IMG/VR virus record: IMGVR_UViG_3300022936_000192
Location: 1 to 46,126 of that record
Source: a virus
Lineage: Duplodnaviria; Caudoviricetes
DNA length: 46,126 nucleotides
Strand: one strand, 5' to 3'
Of the stretch, positions 25,658 through 33,954 are shown one piece after another. The notes under the pieces are model-generated. The model saw nothing but the letters and a program-made list of their open reading frames with translations. It made no database searches and was not told the origin of the DNA. Numbering within the stretch: the stretch's first letter is position 1; each line of letters starts with the position of its first letter. A program made the position numbers and the translations under genes.

Positions 25658-26826
25658 GCGAAGATCTTGAGCGGGCGCAGCGAGCAATCGTAATGGCGCT
25701 CGCTCAACATTCATCGTGGCTTCACAGAGCCTCTACCGCGTCAGTTAACCGAATCAATGCCGAGATAGGTGAGTTGTCCGTTAAGCTCGGCAGAGCGCTT
25801 GCTGAGCGCTTGGACGGCCTATCGGCGGCCGAGCTGCAAGCGTTCGCTGCGGGAAAGTACACGTCAAGCCGGTTGAAGCGGCTGAATGCCGAGGTTGAGG
25901 CATGGGCTCAGGCAGTTGATGAGGCCATCCAGTCTGAATGGACCGACTCGGCCCAAGAGCTGGCCGGATACGAGGCGGCCTATGCCGGTTCAGTGATGAG
26001 CCAGGCCCTCACAGACTTGCCGGTCGTTGCCGTTACTGCTGCCAGCGCTTACAAGGCGGGCATGCAGACGCCAGTGATGGGCGAGATGGTTGACCGTATG
26101 CTGTCAGATATCGCGGAAAGCTCGGCTGTGCGACTCAATGCCCGGATGCGTCAGGGTGTAGCGGCAGGAGAAGCTAATCAGCAGATCATCCGCGCGCTGC
26201 TGGGCACCAAAGAGCTGAAATACAAAGATGGGCTGATCGAGGTAACGCGTCGGGATGTTGAAACCATCGTCCGCACGGCCCGCAACCACATCAGCAACGT
26301 CGCTTACAACGAGACTTATAAGGCCCTCGATGTTCAGGAGGTCATGGACTGCGCCACCCTTGACGGCCGCACCAGCAAGTACTGCGCGTCCGTCGATGGT
26401 CGTAAGCACAAGGTCGGCACCAGCCATCCGCGACCGCCTTACCACCCGCGCTGCCGGACCGTTCAGGTTCCGGTTATAGCCGATGGCTTGATGGGCAATC
26501 GCCCATACGTCCTAGCTTTGAGGGTGAAGGGGCAGGACGGCCGCAGCACATTCCGCTCCATCGGTGACATGACCGACAGCCAGCGGGAAGCAGCGGGCCT
26601 GAAAGTCGGCCAGGTGAAAGCCAAAACGACTTACGCTGGATGGTTTGCTGCTCAGTCCGCCGAGTACCAGCGTGAATGGCTCGGCCCGTCACGCTACCGT
26701 CTGTACAGCGAGGGCGGTCTGACCCTGGATCGCTTTGTCGACCCGAGCGGCAAGGAATACAATCTTGAACAGCTGCGTCAGCGAGACGCCGCAACCTTCA
26801 AGGAAGTGTTCGGTGAAAGACATTGA
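25654..26826 (+). CDS. Minor head/head morphogenesis protein (SPP1 gp7/Mu gpF family)
   Basis: IVRTA..ATLDGRTSKYCASVDG..PPYHPRCRT. Confidence 0.9.
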   Translation: MSEDLERAQRAIVMALAQHSSWLHRASTASVNRINAEIGELSVKLGRALAERLDGLSAAELQAFAAGKYTSSRLKRLNAEVEAWAQAVDEAIQSEWTDSAQELAGYEAAYAGSVMSQALTDLPVVAVTAASAYKAGMQTPVMGEMVDRMLSDIAESSAVRLNARMRQGVAAGEANQQIIRALLGTKELKYKDGLIEVTRRDVETIVRTARNHISNVAYNETYKALDVQEVMDCATLDGRTSKYCASVDGRKHKVGTSHPRPPYHPRCRTVQVPVIADGLMGNRPYVLALRVKGQDGRSTFRSIGDMTDSQREAAGLKVGQVKAKTTYAGWFAAQSAEYQREWLGPSRYRLYSEGGLTLDRFVDPSGKEYNLEQLRQRDAATFKEVFGERH

Positions 26827-27004
26827 ATTGGCCGATCGGCTATTCATGCAGTGGTGGCAGCTCCACATCGTTGAGCAGTACCCAACCCATGAGCGGCCGG
26901 GTGCCTGGCTGATCTTCACGATATCGATGCACATGCAGAACAAGCTAGAGCCTTTCTGAAGGATGAGATCGCTGATATAAAGCGCCTCATCTTAAAGGGG
27001 GTGC

Positions 27005-27616
27005 TTGATGACATGGGTTCTTGCGGGAGTGGCAATAGCTGCCAGCTTTATCTGCGGATTACTTGGACTTACGGCAGGGATCAACCTGAACCCAGCTTCA
27101 ACCGTTCGATACGTCCCTAACTGGGGCAGCTTGGGGGACTGGGTGGCTGGAATTGGGGCCCTGCTTGCGGTAATAACGACGCTAGTCATGGCGAGTAGAA
27201 GCGAGCGACAACAGGATCGCTTGAAACGCGACAGCCTGGCTGTTCAGCAAGGCGCGTCGTCGGCCTACATTTCCGTAAGGTTTACATCTCTAGGGATGTA
27301 TCCGGCCAAAGTGAAGAGCGTGCTAATCCTAAGTCCAGAGGGTGATGCGGTGCCTTTGTTTGGGTATGAGCCGGAGAGAGACGGCCCTACCTTTCCTGTC
27401 AGACTTGAATTCAAGGACGACGTCCATTTTCAATGGAAGCTGGATAGGATGCGTAACCTGTTAAAGGCGATAGGACGGCTGAACTGCAAAAGCGTGGATT
27501 TAATTAGGCTTGAGGCCATTACAACCACAGAGTCATTTAAATTCAAGCTGGAGCCATCGGTTCGAGCAGCTCTGAGGTATGCCGCGCAGCAAGAGAACAT
27601 CAAAATCGAACACTGA
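27005..27616 (+). CDS. Membrane protein, moron-like insertion in the head module
   Basis: Two N-terminal TM helices (NWGSLGDWVAGIGALLAV); AT-richer codons; followed by a terminator. Confidence 0.7.
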   Translation: MMTWVLAGVAIAASFICGLLGLTAGINLNPASTVRYVPNWGSLGDWVAGIGALLAVITTLVMASRSERQQDRLKRDSLAVQQGASSAYISVRFTSLGMYPAKVKSVLILSPEGDAVPLFGYEPERDGPTFPVRLEFKDDVHFQWKLDRMRNLLKAIGRLNCKSVDLIRLEAITTTESFKFKLEPSVRAALRYAAQQENIKIEH

Positions 27617-27634
27617 CATCGATATGACAAACCG

Positions 27635-27659
27635 ACCTCGGCCATGCCGGGGTTTTTTT
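27635..27659 (+). terminator. Intrinsic terminator
   Basis: ACCTCGGC-cat-GCCGGGGT-TTTTTT. Confidence 0.7.
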
Positions 27660-27700
27660 ATGCCCGCAAAGCGGGAAAACAAGCCCAAGGGGTACGCAAC

Positions 27701-28438
27701 GTGGCAGACGAAAACCAGATTGACCTTGAAGACCCGGCAGTAAAAACCGCCATCGCTGCCGCAGTTGATGCCGCGACCTTGGGCCTCAAGAACAAAAACA
27801 CCGAATTGCTCGGCTCGCTCCGGACCACCAAATCTGAACTGGATGGCTTCAAGACCCAGTTCGAAGGACTGGACATCGACGCCGTCAAAGGTCTGCTCAA
27901 CAAGGTCGGCCAGGACGAAGAAACCCGCCTCCTGGCTGAAGGCAAGCTTGACGAGGTGATCAGCAAGCGCACCGAGCGCCTGCGCACTGACTACGACAAG
28001 CAGCTGGCCGCCGAGAAGTCCCGAGCCGACAAGGCCGAAGCATTCGCTGCCAAGTACAGCGACAAGGTGCTTGCCGACTCCATCCGCGCTGCCGCCATCA
28101 AGGCTGGCGCGCTCCCCGAGGCTGCCGAGGACATCATTCTCCGTGCACGGGGCACTTTCAAACTCAGTGAAGACGGCGAGGCGATTGCCACTGACCGAGA
28201 CGGCGAAGTCGTTTACGGGAAGGACGGCAAGACCCCGCTGTCACCGCTCGAATGGGCGGAATCGCTGCGTGAAACCGCAACACACCTCTGGCCAAGGGCT
28301 CAGGGTGCCGGGCAGACCGGCGACAACGGTGGCAAGGCCACGAAGAAATGGGGCGAGTACACGGAGACCGAGCGCGCCGCGCTGGCCCGTGACAACCCGG
28401 ATGCATTCAAACGACTTCAGGCCACCAAAGGAACCTAA
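27701..28438 (+). CDS. Capsid scaffolding protein
   Basis: GTG start; GLKNKNTELL coiled coil, HLWP..GAG motif; precedes the capsid gene. Confidence 0.85.
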   Translation: MADENQIDLEDPAVKTAIAAAVDAATLGLKNKNTELLGSLRTTKSELDGFKTQFEGLDIDAVKGLLNKVGQDEETRLLAEGKLDEVISKRTERLRTDYDKQLAAEKSRADKAEAFAAKYSDKVLADSIRAAAIKAGALPEAAEDIILRARGTFKLSEDGEAIATDRDGEVVYGKDGKTPLSPLEWAESLRETATHLWPRAQGAGQTGDNGGKATKKWGEYTETERAALARDNPDAFKRLQATKGT

Positions 28439-28441
28439 CCC

Positions 28442-29419
28442 ATGGCAACCACGCAACTTACCGACATTTTCGTTGGTGATTACTACGCCACCCTGGCACC
28501 GGTCAACAGCCCGGAAAAAACCGCAGTCTACGAATCGGGCATTGTGACCCGTTCGCCTGTGCTGGATGCGATTGCATCTGGCAGCCAGGGTACTGCTGAA
28601 ATCAGCTACTGGCAGGACCTGGACGCCGACGAAGCGCCCAACATTAGCAACGACGACCCGAACGATCAGGGTGAAGTCGGTAAAGTTACCCAGGACAGCA
28701 TGCGTGCCCGCGTTCTGTACCTCAACAAGGGTTACGGCGTCACTGACCTGACTGCTGAACTCGCGAATACCGAGCCTCAGCAGCAGATACGCAACCGTTT
28801 CGGCACCTACTGGACTCGCCAGTGGCAGCGTTACGTCCTGGGCGCATCTCGCGGCATCATCGCTTCGAACATCGCGAACAACGGCGGTGACATGGTTGTT
28901 GATGCCGGTGCGAGCATCAGCGCAACCGCGTTCCAAGACGCCGCGTTCACTGCTGGTGATGCTGCTGACCAGTTCGGCGCAATCGGCGTCCACTCGGTCG
29001 TGATGAACCAGATGGTCAAGCAGGACCTCATCGAGTACCTGCGCGACTCCGACGGCAAGATCATCCTGGCCACCTACCTGGGTAAGCCTGTGTTCATGGA
29101 TGACGGCCTGACCTACGGCGCTGGCCGTTACCTGTCGGTGTTCTTCGGCCAAGGCGCGTTCGGCTTCGGCGAGGGCAATCCGAAAATGCCTGTCGAGCTG
29201 GAGCGTAAGCCAGGCGGCGGTAATGGCGGCGGTGCCGAAGTGTTGTGGGAGCGAAAAACCTACATCCTGCAGCCGGCCGGGTTCAGCTGGAAAGGCTCCG
29301 AGGCACAAAACCTCAGCCCGACCGCCACGCAGTACGCTGCAGCTGCGAACTGGACCCGAGTGTTCGACCGCAAGCAGGTTCCTTTCGCTGCCGTCATCAG
29401 CGGCACCGTCACCCCGTAA
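28442..29419 (+). CDS. Major capsid protein
   Basis: 325 aa after the scaffold; strong codon bias; HSVV, TYLGKPVFMDD, NWTRVFDRK motifs. Confidence 0.9.
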   Translation: MATTQLTDIFVGDYYATLAPVNSPEKTAVYESGIVTRSPVLDAIASGSQGTAEISYWQDLDADEAPNISNDDPNDQGEVGKVTQDSMRARVLYLNKGYGVTDLTAELANTEPQQQIRNRFGTYWTRQWQRYVLGASRGIIASNIANNGGDMVVDAGASISATAFQDAAFTAGDAADQFGAIGVHSVVMNQMVKQDLIEYLRDSDGKIILATYLGKPVFMDDGLTYGAGRYLSVFFGQGAFGFGEGNPKMPVELERKPGGGNGGGAEVLWERKTYILQPAGFSWKGSEAQNLSPTATQYAAAANWTRVFDRKQVPFAAVISGTVTP

Positions 29420-29470
29420 ACCACCATCGGCGGGGCGCTTTGGTGCGCCCTGGCCGACACGGAGAGAATC

Positions 29471-29779
29471 ATGAAGGTTATCTATTCCGACACTCCGGGC
29501 AATGAGCCTGGGGTTTGCTATCGCCTGCTGGACGAGTTCTTTGGCGTGATCAGCTCTGCGAAGGAAGTTGTGGTGGATGGCGACCGGCCGAACATCATCG
29601 AGGCCTACCAGCGCGCAGGCATTGTTGTTTCTGGCCCGACCGAGAAGGAAGACGAGATCGAAACCGACCCTCTGAAAATGAAGGTCGACGATCTGAAAGT
29701 TTGGCTCACCGGCAAAGGCATCGACTTCCCGGCCGACGCCAAGAAAGACGAACTGAAGGCCCTGGTGCCAACGGAATAA
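29471..29779 (+). CDS. Head accessory protein with C-terminal HeH/LEM-like domain
   Basis: MKVDDLKVWLTGKGIDFPADAKKDELKAL. Confidence 0.7.
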   Translation: MKVIYSDTPGNEPGVCYRLLDEFFGVISSAKEVVVDGDRPNIIEAYQRAGIVVSGPTEKEDEIETDPLKMKVDDLKVWLTGKGIDFPADAKKDELKALVPTE

Positions 29780-29789
29780 GGACAGATAC

Positions 29790-30167
29790 ATGACCGATTA
29801 CATCACCGTCGCCGACGTTGACGCCCTGCTAAGTCCTGGCTGGGCCGGTGCCGGTGATCCGGTCCTTGCTGTGACCATGGCGAACGCCTGGCTCACGGCC
29901 AAGATTAAGCGACCTGTTGCCGATCCTGTTCCTGATGCCATAAAGCTGGCCGGGGCTCAGGTGGCGAAAGAGGCGGCAGCGGGCAACCTGTACAAGTCCA
30001 CGCAGAAGGAAGTTCTGAGCAAGACCGTATCGGCCCAGTCCGGCACGTCCGTGAGCAAGACCTATGCGTCTGGCTCGACTGATTTGTCTGCCGGTGAAAA
30101 CTTCGCGCTCGGGCTACTCGATCCGTGGATCAAGCGCTCCGGCGTGATGATGCTGAAAAGGATCTGA
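29790..30167 (+). CDS. Head-tail adaptor protein
   Basis: YITVADVDA..VPDAIKLA motif; position. Confidence 0.75.
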   Translation: MTDYITVADVDALLSPGWAGAGDPVLAVTMANAWLTAKIKRPVADPVPDAIKLAGAQVAKEAAAGNLYKSTQKEVLSKTVSAQSGTSVSKTYASGSTDLSAGENFALGLLDPWIKRSGVMMLKRI

Positions 30168-30169
30168 CC

Positions 30170-30562
30170 ATGGGCATGCGTGAAGAGATTCAGGCGGAAA
30201 TGGCTGAGGCGTTCGACGATCCGGATGGGCTGGCGGATGCGGTGCGCCCCCTGACAGGTGCGCGCACCGTTGAAGGCGAGTATGACCCGGTCACAGGAAC
30301 TGAAACCGAAAGCTCAACGCTGACCTACGTCGGTCGCGGCGTATTCGGCAGTTACTCGGTCCGCGAGGTCGATGGGAGCCTTATTGAGACCACCGACGAA
30401 AAGCTGCTGGTTCTGCAAAACGAGCTGGTCGTTGCGGTTGGTGGGGTGCCGACACTCACCATTGCCACGCCGGAGATCGGCGACATCATCAGCGGCAAGC
30501 GAGCGCTGAACGTCTCCGAAGACCCAGCAAAGGCGACATTCACTATTCAGCTGAGGGTTTGA
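30170..30562 (+). CDS. Head-closure/stopper protein
   Basis: GEYDPVTG..DPAKATFTIQLR; position. Confidence 0.7.
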   Translation: MGMREEIQAEMAEAFDDPDGLADAVRPLTGARTVEGEYDPVTGTETESSTLTYVGRGVFGSYSVREVDGSLIETTDEKLLVLQNELVVAVGGVPTLTIATPEIGDIISGKRALNVSEDPAKATFTIQLRV

Positions 30563-30564
30563 CG

Positions 30565-30960
30565 ATGGGTTTCTCTGATCAGATCCGCGCCTTCAGCACC
30601 AAGACCAGCCGGGCGCACGACACAATTGTCCGTGACACTACCATTGCGCTATTCACCAACGTCGTTACAGAGACGCCTGTGGACGAGGGCACGGCTAAAG
30701 GTAGCTGGCAGACGACAGTCAGCACGCCTGCCACCGGACAGACTGAACGCCTTGATCCTTCGGGCCGAGCCGCAATCGCTGAGTTAGAGGCGAACACGCC
30801 AGCCGGGGCAGGGCAGATCACTTGCCTGACCTCAAACCTTGCTTACATCGAACGGCTTGAGAATGGCTGGTCGATGCAGGCCCCCGTCGGCATGGCCAGG
30901 CGTAGCGTCGAGCGGTTTCAGAAGATGGTTAACGATTCGGCGGCGAGAAACCGAGTATGA
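30565..30960 (+). CDS. Neck/tail completion protein (HK97 gp10-like)
   Basis: TPVDEGTAKGSW..NLAYIERLENGWSMQAPVGM. Confidence 0.8.
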   Translation: MGFSDQIRAFSTKTSRAHDTIVRDTTIALFTNVVTETPVDEGTAKGSWQTTVSTPATGQTERLDPSGRAAIAELEANTPAGAGQITCLTSNLAYIERLENGWSMQAPVGMARRSVERFQKMVNDSAARNRV

Positions 30961-31376
30961 GCGAGACGAAGATCAACGCGGCTCTGGTCTCGGCCTATCT
31001 CGCGAGCAACCTTTACCCTGCGGCAAAGACGGCGCTCGAAGGAAAAACCTTTTCGCCTACCACCGGCCAGCCATGGGCGCGACTCACCGACATGCCCACC
31101 GGGCGCGAGCCTGCAGCATTCGGCGCAGCCAACCCGGTAGAGCGCACCGGTTACCTGCAAATCGACATCTTCCACCCGAACAACACTGGCACCGGCCCGA
31201 TTCTGGCTGATGCGGACAAGGCGCTGAGCTTCTACAAGCCAGGCCTGAATCTCGAATACCAAGGCCAGCGGGTTCATATCCGCAGCGCTGAGCGAGGCAA
31301 GATCACCCCCGAAGATGTCTGGACGGGCGTGAGCATCCGCATCTATTACACGGCGTGGATTTACCCGACCGCCTGA
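30957..31376 (+). CDS. Tail terminator protein (DUF4128-like)
   Basis: GYLQIDIFHP..GTG motif; position before the tube gene. Confidence 0.75.
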   Translation: MSETKINAALVSAYLASNLYPAAKTALEGKTFSPTTGQPWARLTDMPTGREPAAFGAANPVERTGYLQIDIFHPNNTGTGPILADADKALSFYKPGLNLEYQGQRVHIRSAERGKITPEDVWTGVSIRIYYTAWIYPTA

Positions 31377-31398
31377 TTCATCCCCCGCGCAATCCCAC

Positions 31399-31423
31399 AC
31401 CCTGCCCATATGCGGGGTTTTTT
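31399..31423 (+). terminator. Terminator-like hairpin before the tail tube gene
   Basis: ACCCTGC-ccatat-GCGGGGT-TTTTT. Confidence 0.6.
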
Positions 31424-31443
31424 CGTTCCAGGAGATCCCAAAA

Positions 31444-32346
31444 ATGGGCGAGTTAGCCAACGGCTCTGCCGTTCAGTATTACTACGTCGAAGAGGTCGCG
31501 GGCGCTGTTCCTGCTACCCCGGCGTGGAAACCGATCCGCTTCGTGAGTGCTGGCCTGACTCCGAACATCAACCAGGTCACCACGGCTGAGATGAACGAGT
31601 TTCGTCAGCAGCAGGCGAGTCGCGGTGGCACCTACAGCGTGGCTGGCGACATCGCAGTTGAGCTGTCATTTGCAAGCTTCGACGACCTGATTCAGGCAGG
31701 CATGCAAGGCACCTGGACCGCGAACGTGCTGAAAATCGGCAAGGTCGTGCGCACCTTCGCCATTCTGGAGCGCCACACCGACATCGGCATCGATTACTGC
31801 TACCACAGCTGCAGTGTCGGCACGATGGCTATCAGCGCGCCACTGAACGCACCTGTTGGCGTCACCTTCAGCATGATTGGTCGCCGGTCTGAGAAGTACA
31901 CCGTGCCAGTCGGCTCGACGTACCTGCCAAGCACTACCACCGACATCATGATCACTACCAACCTGTCGCTGACCGAGGGTGGCGTTCCTGTTGCCTACGC
32001 GACCGAGTGGAGCGTGAACCTCGACAACGGCATGGAGGCGCTGTTCGCCCTGGGTAGCCGTGAAGCCTTCGACGTGTCGAACGGTATCGCGGTCGTCACC
32101 GGGTCCATGTCGGCCTACCTGGTCGATGCAGTGCTCTGGGACAAGGTGCTCGACGAGACCTCAACCTCGCATGTGATTGAGTTCGCAGAGGGCGCTGACA
32201 CCTACACCCTGGAACTGCCGAAGGTTCGCTACACCCAGGGCCAGAAGCAGACCAGCGGCCCGGGCGCGATCATCCCGCAGTACACGATCAGCGCCGGCTA
32301 CGACGCAACGCTGGCCACCACCATGATGATCACGCGCACGTCGTAA
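31444..32346 (+). CDS. Major tail tube protein (non-contractile)
   Basis: 300 aa, beta-rich, GDIAVELS motif; no sheath gene present. Confidence 0.85.
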   Translation: MGELANGSAVQYYYVEEVAGAVPATPAWKPIRFVSAGLTPNINQVTTAEMNEFRQQQASRGGTYSVAGDIAVELSFASFDDLIQAGMQGTWTANVLKIGKVVRTFAILERHTDIGIDYCYHSCSVGTMAISAPLNAPVGVTFSMIGRRSEKYTVPVGSTYLPSTTTDIMITTNLSLTEGGVPVAYATEWSVNLDNGMEALFALGSREAFDVSNGIAVVTGSMSAYLVDAVLWDKVLDETSTSHVIEFAEGADTYTLELPKVRYTQGQKQTSGPGAIIPQYTISAGYDATLATTMMITRTS

Positions 32347-32362
32347 TCAAAACCATTTCCCA

Positions 32363-32390
32363 GGCCCGCCAAGTGCGGGCTTTCTTGTTT
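32363..32390 (+). terminator. Terminator-like hairpin before TAC1
   Basis: GGCCCGC-caagt-GCGGGCT-TTCTTGTTT. Confidence 0.6.
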
Positions 32391-32405
32391 CTGGAGTATC
32401 ACCGC

Positions 32406-32828
32406 ATGGCTGCTAAATCTGAGAAAGCTGCAATCAAACCTTTCGCGTTATCTGACTTCTTTACCTTGGGCGCACTGGAGGCGGGCAAGAAATTCCCACT
32501 GACCCTGCCCGATGGCACCGCGACCGATCACTACCTGATGGTCATTGGTGCTGACGCTCCCGCAGCCCGCCGTCGCCTCCTGGAAATCACCCGAGAAGGG
32601 CGTGATCGTGACGATTCCAAGCTGTCGGCTGATGAGCTGTACGAAATCAACACTGCCAACACCACCAAATACCGATCCTCTTTGGTCATTGGCTGGTCGT
32701 TCGATGCGCCATTCTCGACTGAAGCGGTAGCGGAGCTGATCCAGCAGAACCCCGGCCTCTCGACCGACATCGAACTGTTCGCGAGTAACCGCGCACGTTT
32801 TTTCGCTCCAGAGTTGAAAGCCTCCTAA
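32406..32828 (+). CDS. Tail assembly chaperone (gpG-like), copy 1
   Basis: Follows the tube gene; LPDG..LVIGWSF..L...P motif; ends in a slippery heptamer. Confidence 0.85.
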   Translation: MAAKSEKAAIKPFALSDFFTLGALEAGKKFPLTLPDGTATDHYLMVIGADAPAARRRLLEITREGRDRDDSKLSADELYEINTANTTKYRSSLVIGWSFDAPFSTEAVAELIQQNPGLSTDIELFASNRARFFAPELKAS

Positions 32829-33136
32829 TCCACTGGGAGGGAGAGGCCAGGCTCAACAAGCCCGTCAAGGGATCGACAGCAACAACCCGTGATCACTTGA
32901 CACGCGTCTGGAATATGACCGGGCACAAGCCTCGCGAATTGGACATACCCGACATACCCGACGGTATGGGTTATCTGGCCGGACTGTTCTGGGAGCTAAA
33001 GCGCACGGCTGACCCGCTGACCTGGCAGGAAATGGATGCTTGGGCACGCATGATGGATCGACAACTTGATCCAGAAGAAGCGCGGACGCTGATGAAGATG
33101 GACGGTATTCACTGTCGGGTGATGGCCGAGGGGTGA
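32798..33136 (+). CDS. gpT-like extension of the tail chaperone reached by -1 frameshift
   Basis: T TTT TTC at 32798-32804 in the TAC frame; -1 frame open to 33136 (FRSRVESLLIHWEGEARL...PLTWQEMDAW). Confidence 0.8.
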   Translation, partial: FFRSRVESLLIHWEGEARLNKPVKGSTATTRDHLTRVWNMTGHKPRELDIPDIPDGMGYLAGLFWELKRTADPLTWQEMDAWARMMDRQLDPEEARTLMKMDGIHCRVMAEG

Positions 33137-33173
33137 TAGTGATAGATTGCCTCCATCTAATGGAGGGGTATCG

Positions 33174-33497
33174 ATGCGCTACTTGTTGCTGATAGGAACC
33201 TTGCTGGCTGGAAGCGCTCATGCTGCCGCGCCCGCAACGTCCCAAAACCAGAAGGATCTTGTGAAATACCTGATCGCATCTGAGAAGAAAACAGTCAAAG
33301 ACGCTATATGGATGAGCAAAGACAACCTGTACGTCGGCGCCATAGATGACGGAACCGACCGCAAGGGCCTGGCAAGCTATGTCTGTTCGGTTGCATCAGA
33401 GCGCAAAGCCCCGGCCAAGATGGTCAAGGTTGTCGACATTGTGAAGGTGCAGAGGACTGGAAAGTTTGAAGAGTTGGGCCGGGCAGATTGCCCATAA
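33174..33497 (+). CDS. Secreted/periplasmic protein, moron (candidate superinfection exclusion)
   Basis: Sec signal MRYLLLIGTLLAGSAHA; two Cys; own extended -10 (TGaTAGATT, 33140-33148), GGAGG RBS and terminator. Confidence 0.75.
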   Translation: MRYLLLIGTLLAGSAHAAAPATSQNQKDLVKYLIASEKKTVKDAIWMSKDNLYVGAIDDGTDRKGLASYVCSVASERKAPAKMVKVVDIVKVQRTGKFEELGRADCP

Positions 33498-33510
33498 ATA
33501 GCTGAAACCC

Positions 33511-33540
33511 AAAAGCCTCGCCAAGTGCGGGGCTTTTTTT
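33511..33540 (+). terminator. Intrinsic terminator after the moron
   Basis: AAAAGCCTCGC-caagt-GCGGGGCTTTTTTT. Confidence 0.75.
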
Positions 33541-33555
33541 CGCCCGGAGAAAAGT

Positions 33556-33954
33556 ATGCAGCCCCGAGATTTCTACGTGAAGCAGGAGGCGGAAGAGGGG
33601 CGACGGGTCGATTTATCGAATGCTGACGGCACTCCAAGCGGGCACTGGATGGTCATCCGGTCAGTGCTTTCTCACCAATACGAGAAGACATTCAAGGCCA
33701 TTCAAGCCGAGGCCCTCAGCCAGGTCATGGAGATATCCAAGGCTGCAGGAAAGGAACATGCGCTGTTTATGGGCAAGAGCCAGCGCCGTACGCGGAAAGC
33801 CCGGCTCGTAGCCTCCCTCATTGCAGACTGGTCGCTCGACCTTCCATGCAGCGAAAAAGAAAAAACCAATCTGCTGATCCAGGCCCCGCGACTGCGGCGA
33901 CAGATCGAGCGCGTCAGTGAAACCATTTTTATAGCGAGAGCCAGCCATGTCTGA
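33556..33954 (+). CDS. Tail assembly chaperone paralogue, copy 2
   Basis: Aligns by eye with TAC1: DFY/DFF, EGRR/AGKK, DGTPSGHWMVI/DGTATDHYLMVI, SLIADWS/SLVIGWS, LLIQAP/LIQQNP. Confidence 0.75.
   Translation: MQPRDFYVKQEAEEGRRVDLSNADGTPSGHWMVIRSVLSHQYEKTFKAIQAEALSQVMEISKAAGKEHALFMGKSQRRTRKARLVASLIADWSLDLPCSEKEKTNLLIQAPRLRRQIERVSETIFIARASHV

Noticed and set aside
26813-26959. 48-aa GTG-start ORF after the minor head gene
   Set aside because: Weak support; may just be the promoter region of the downstream moron.
28241-29791. 516-aa minus-strand ORF opposite the capsid gene
   Set aside because: Antisense shadow of a strongly codon-biased gene; no RBS or motif.
33915-33954. Possible frameshift fusing TAC2 to the tape measure protein (ACC ATT TTT ATA)
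   Set aside because: Not a canonical X XXY YYZ heptamer, and the TMP is in the +1, not -1, frame.
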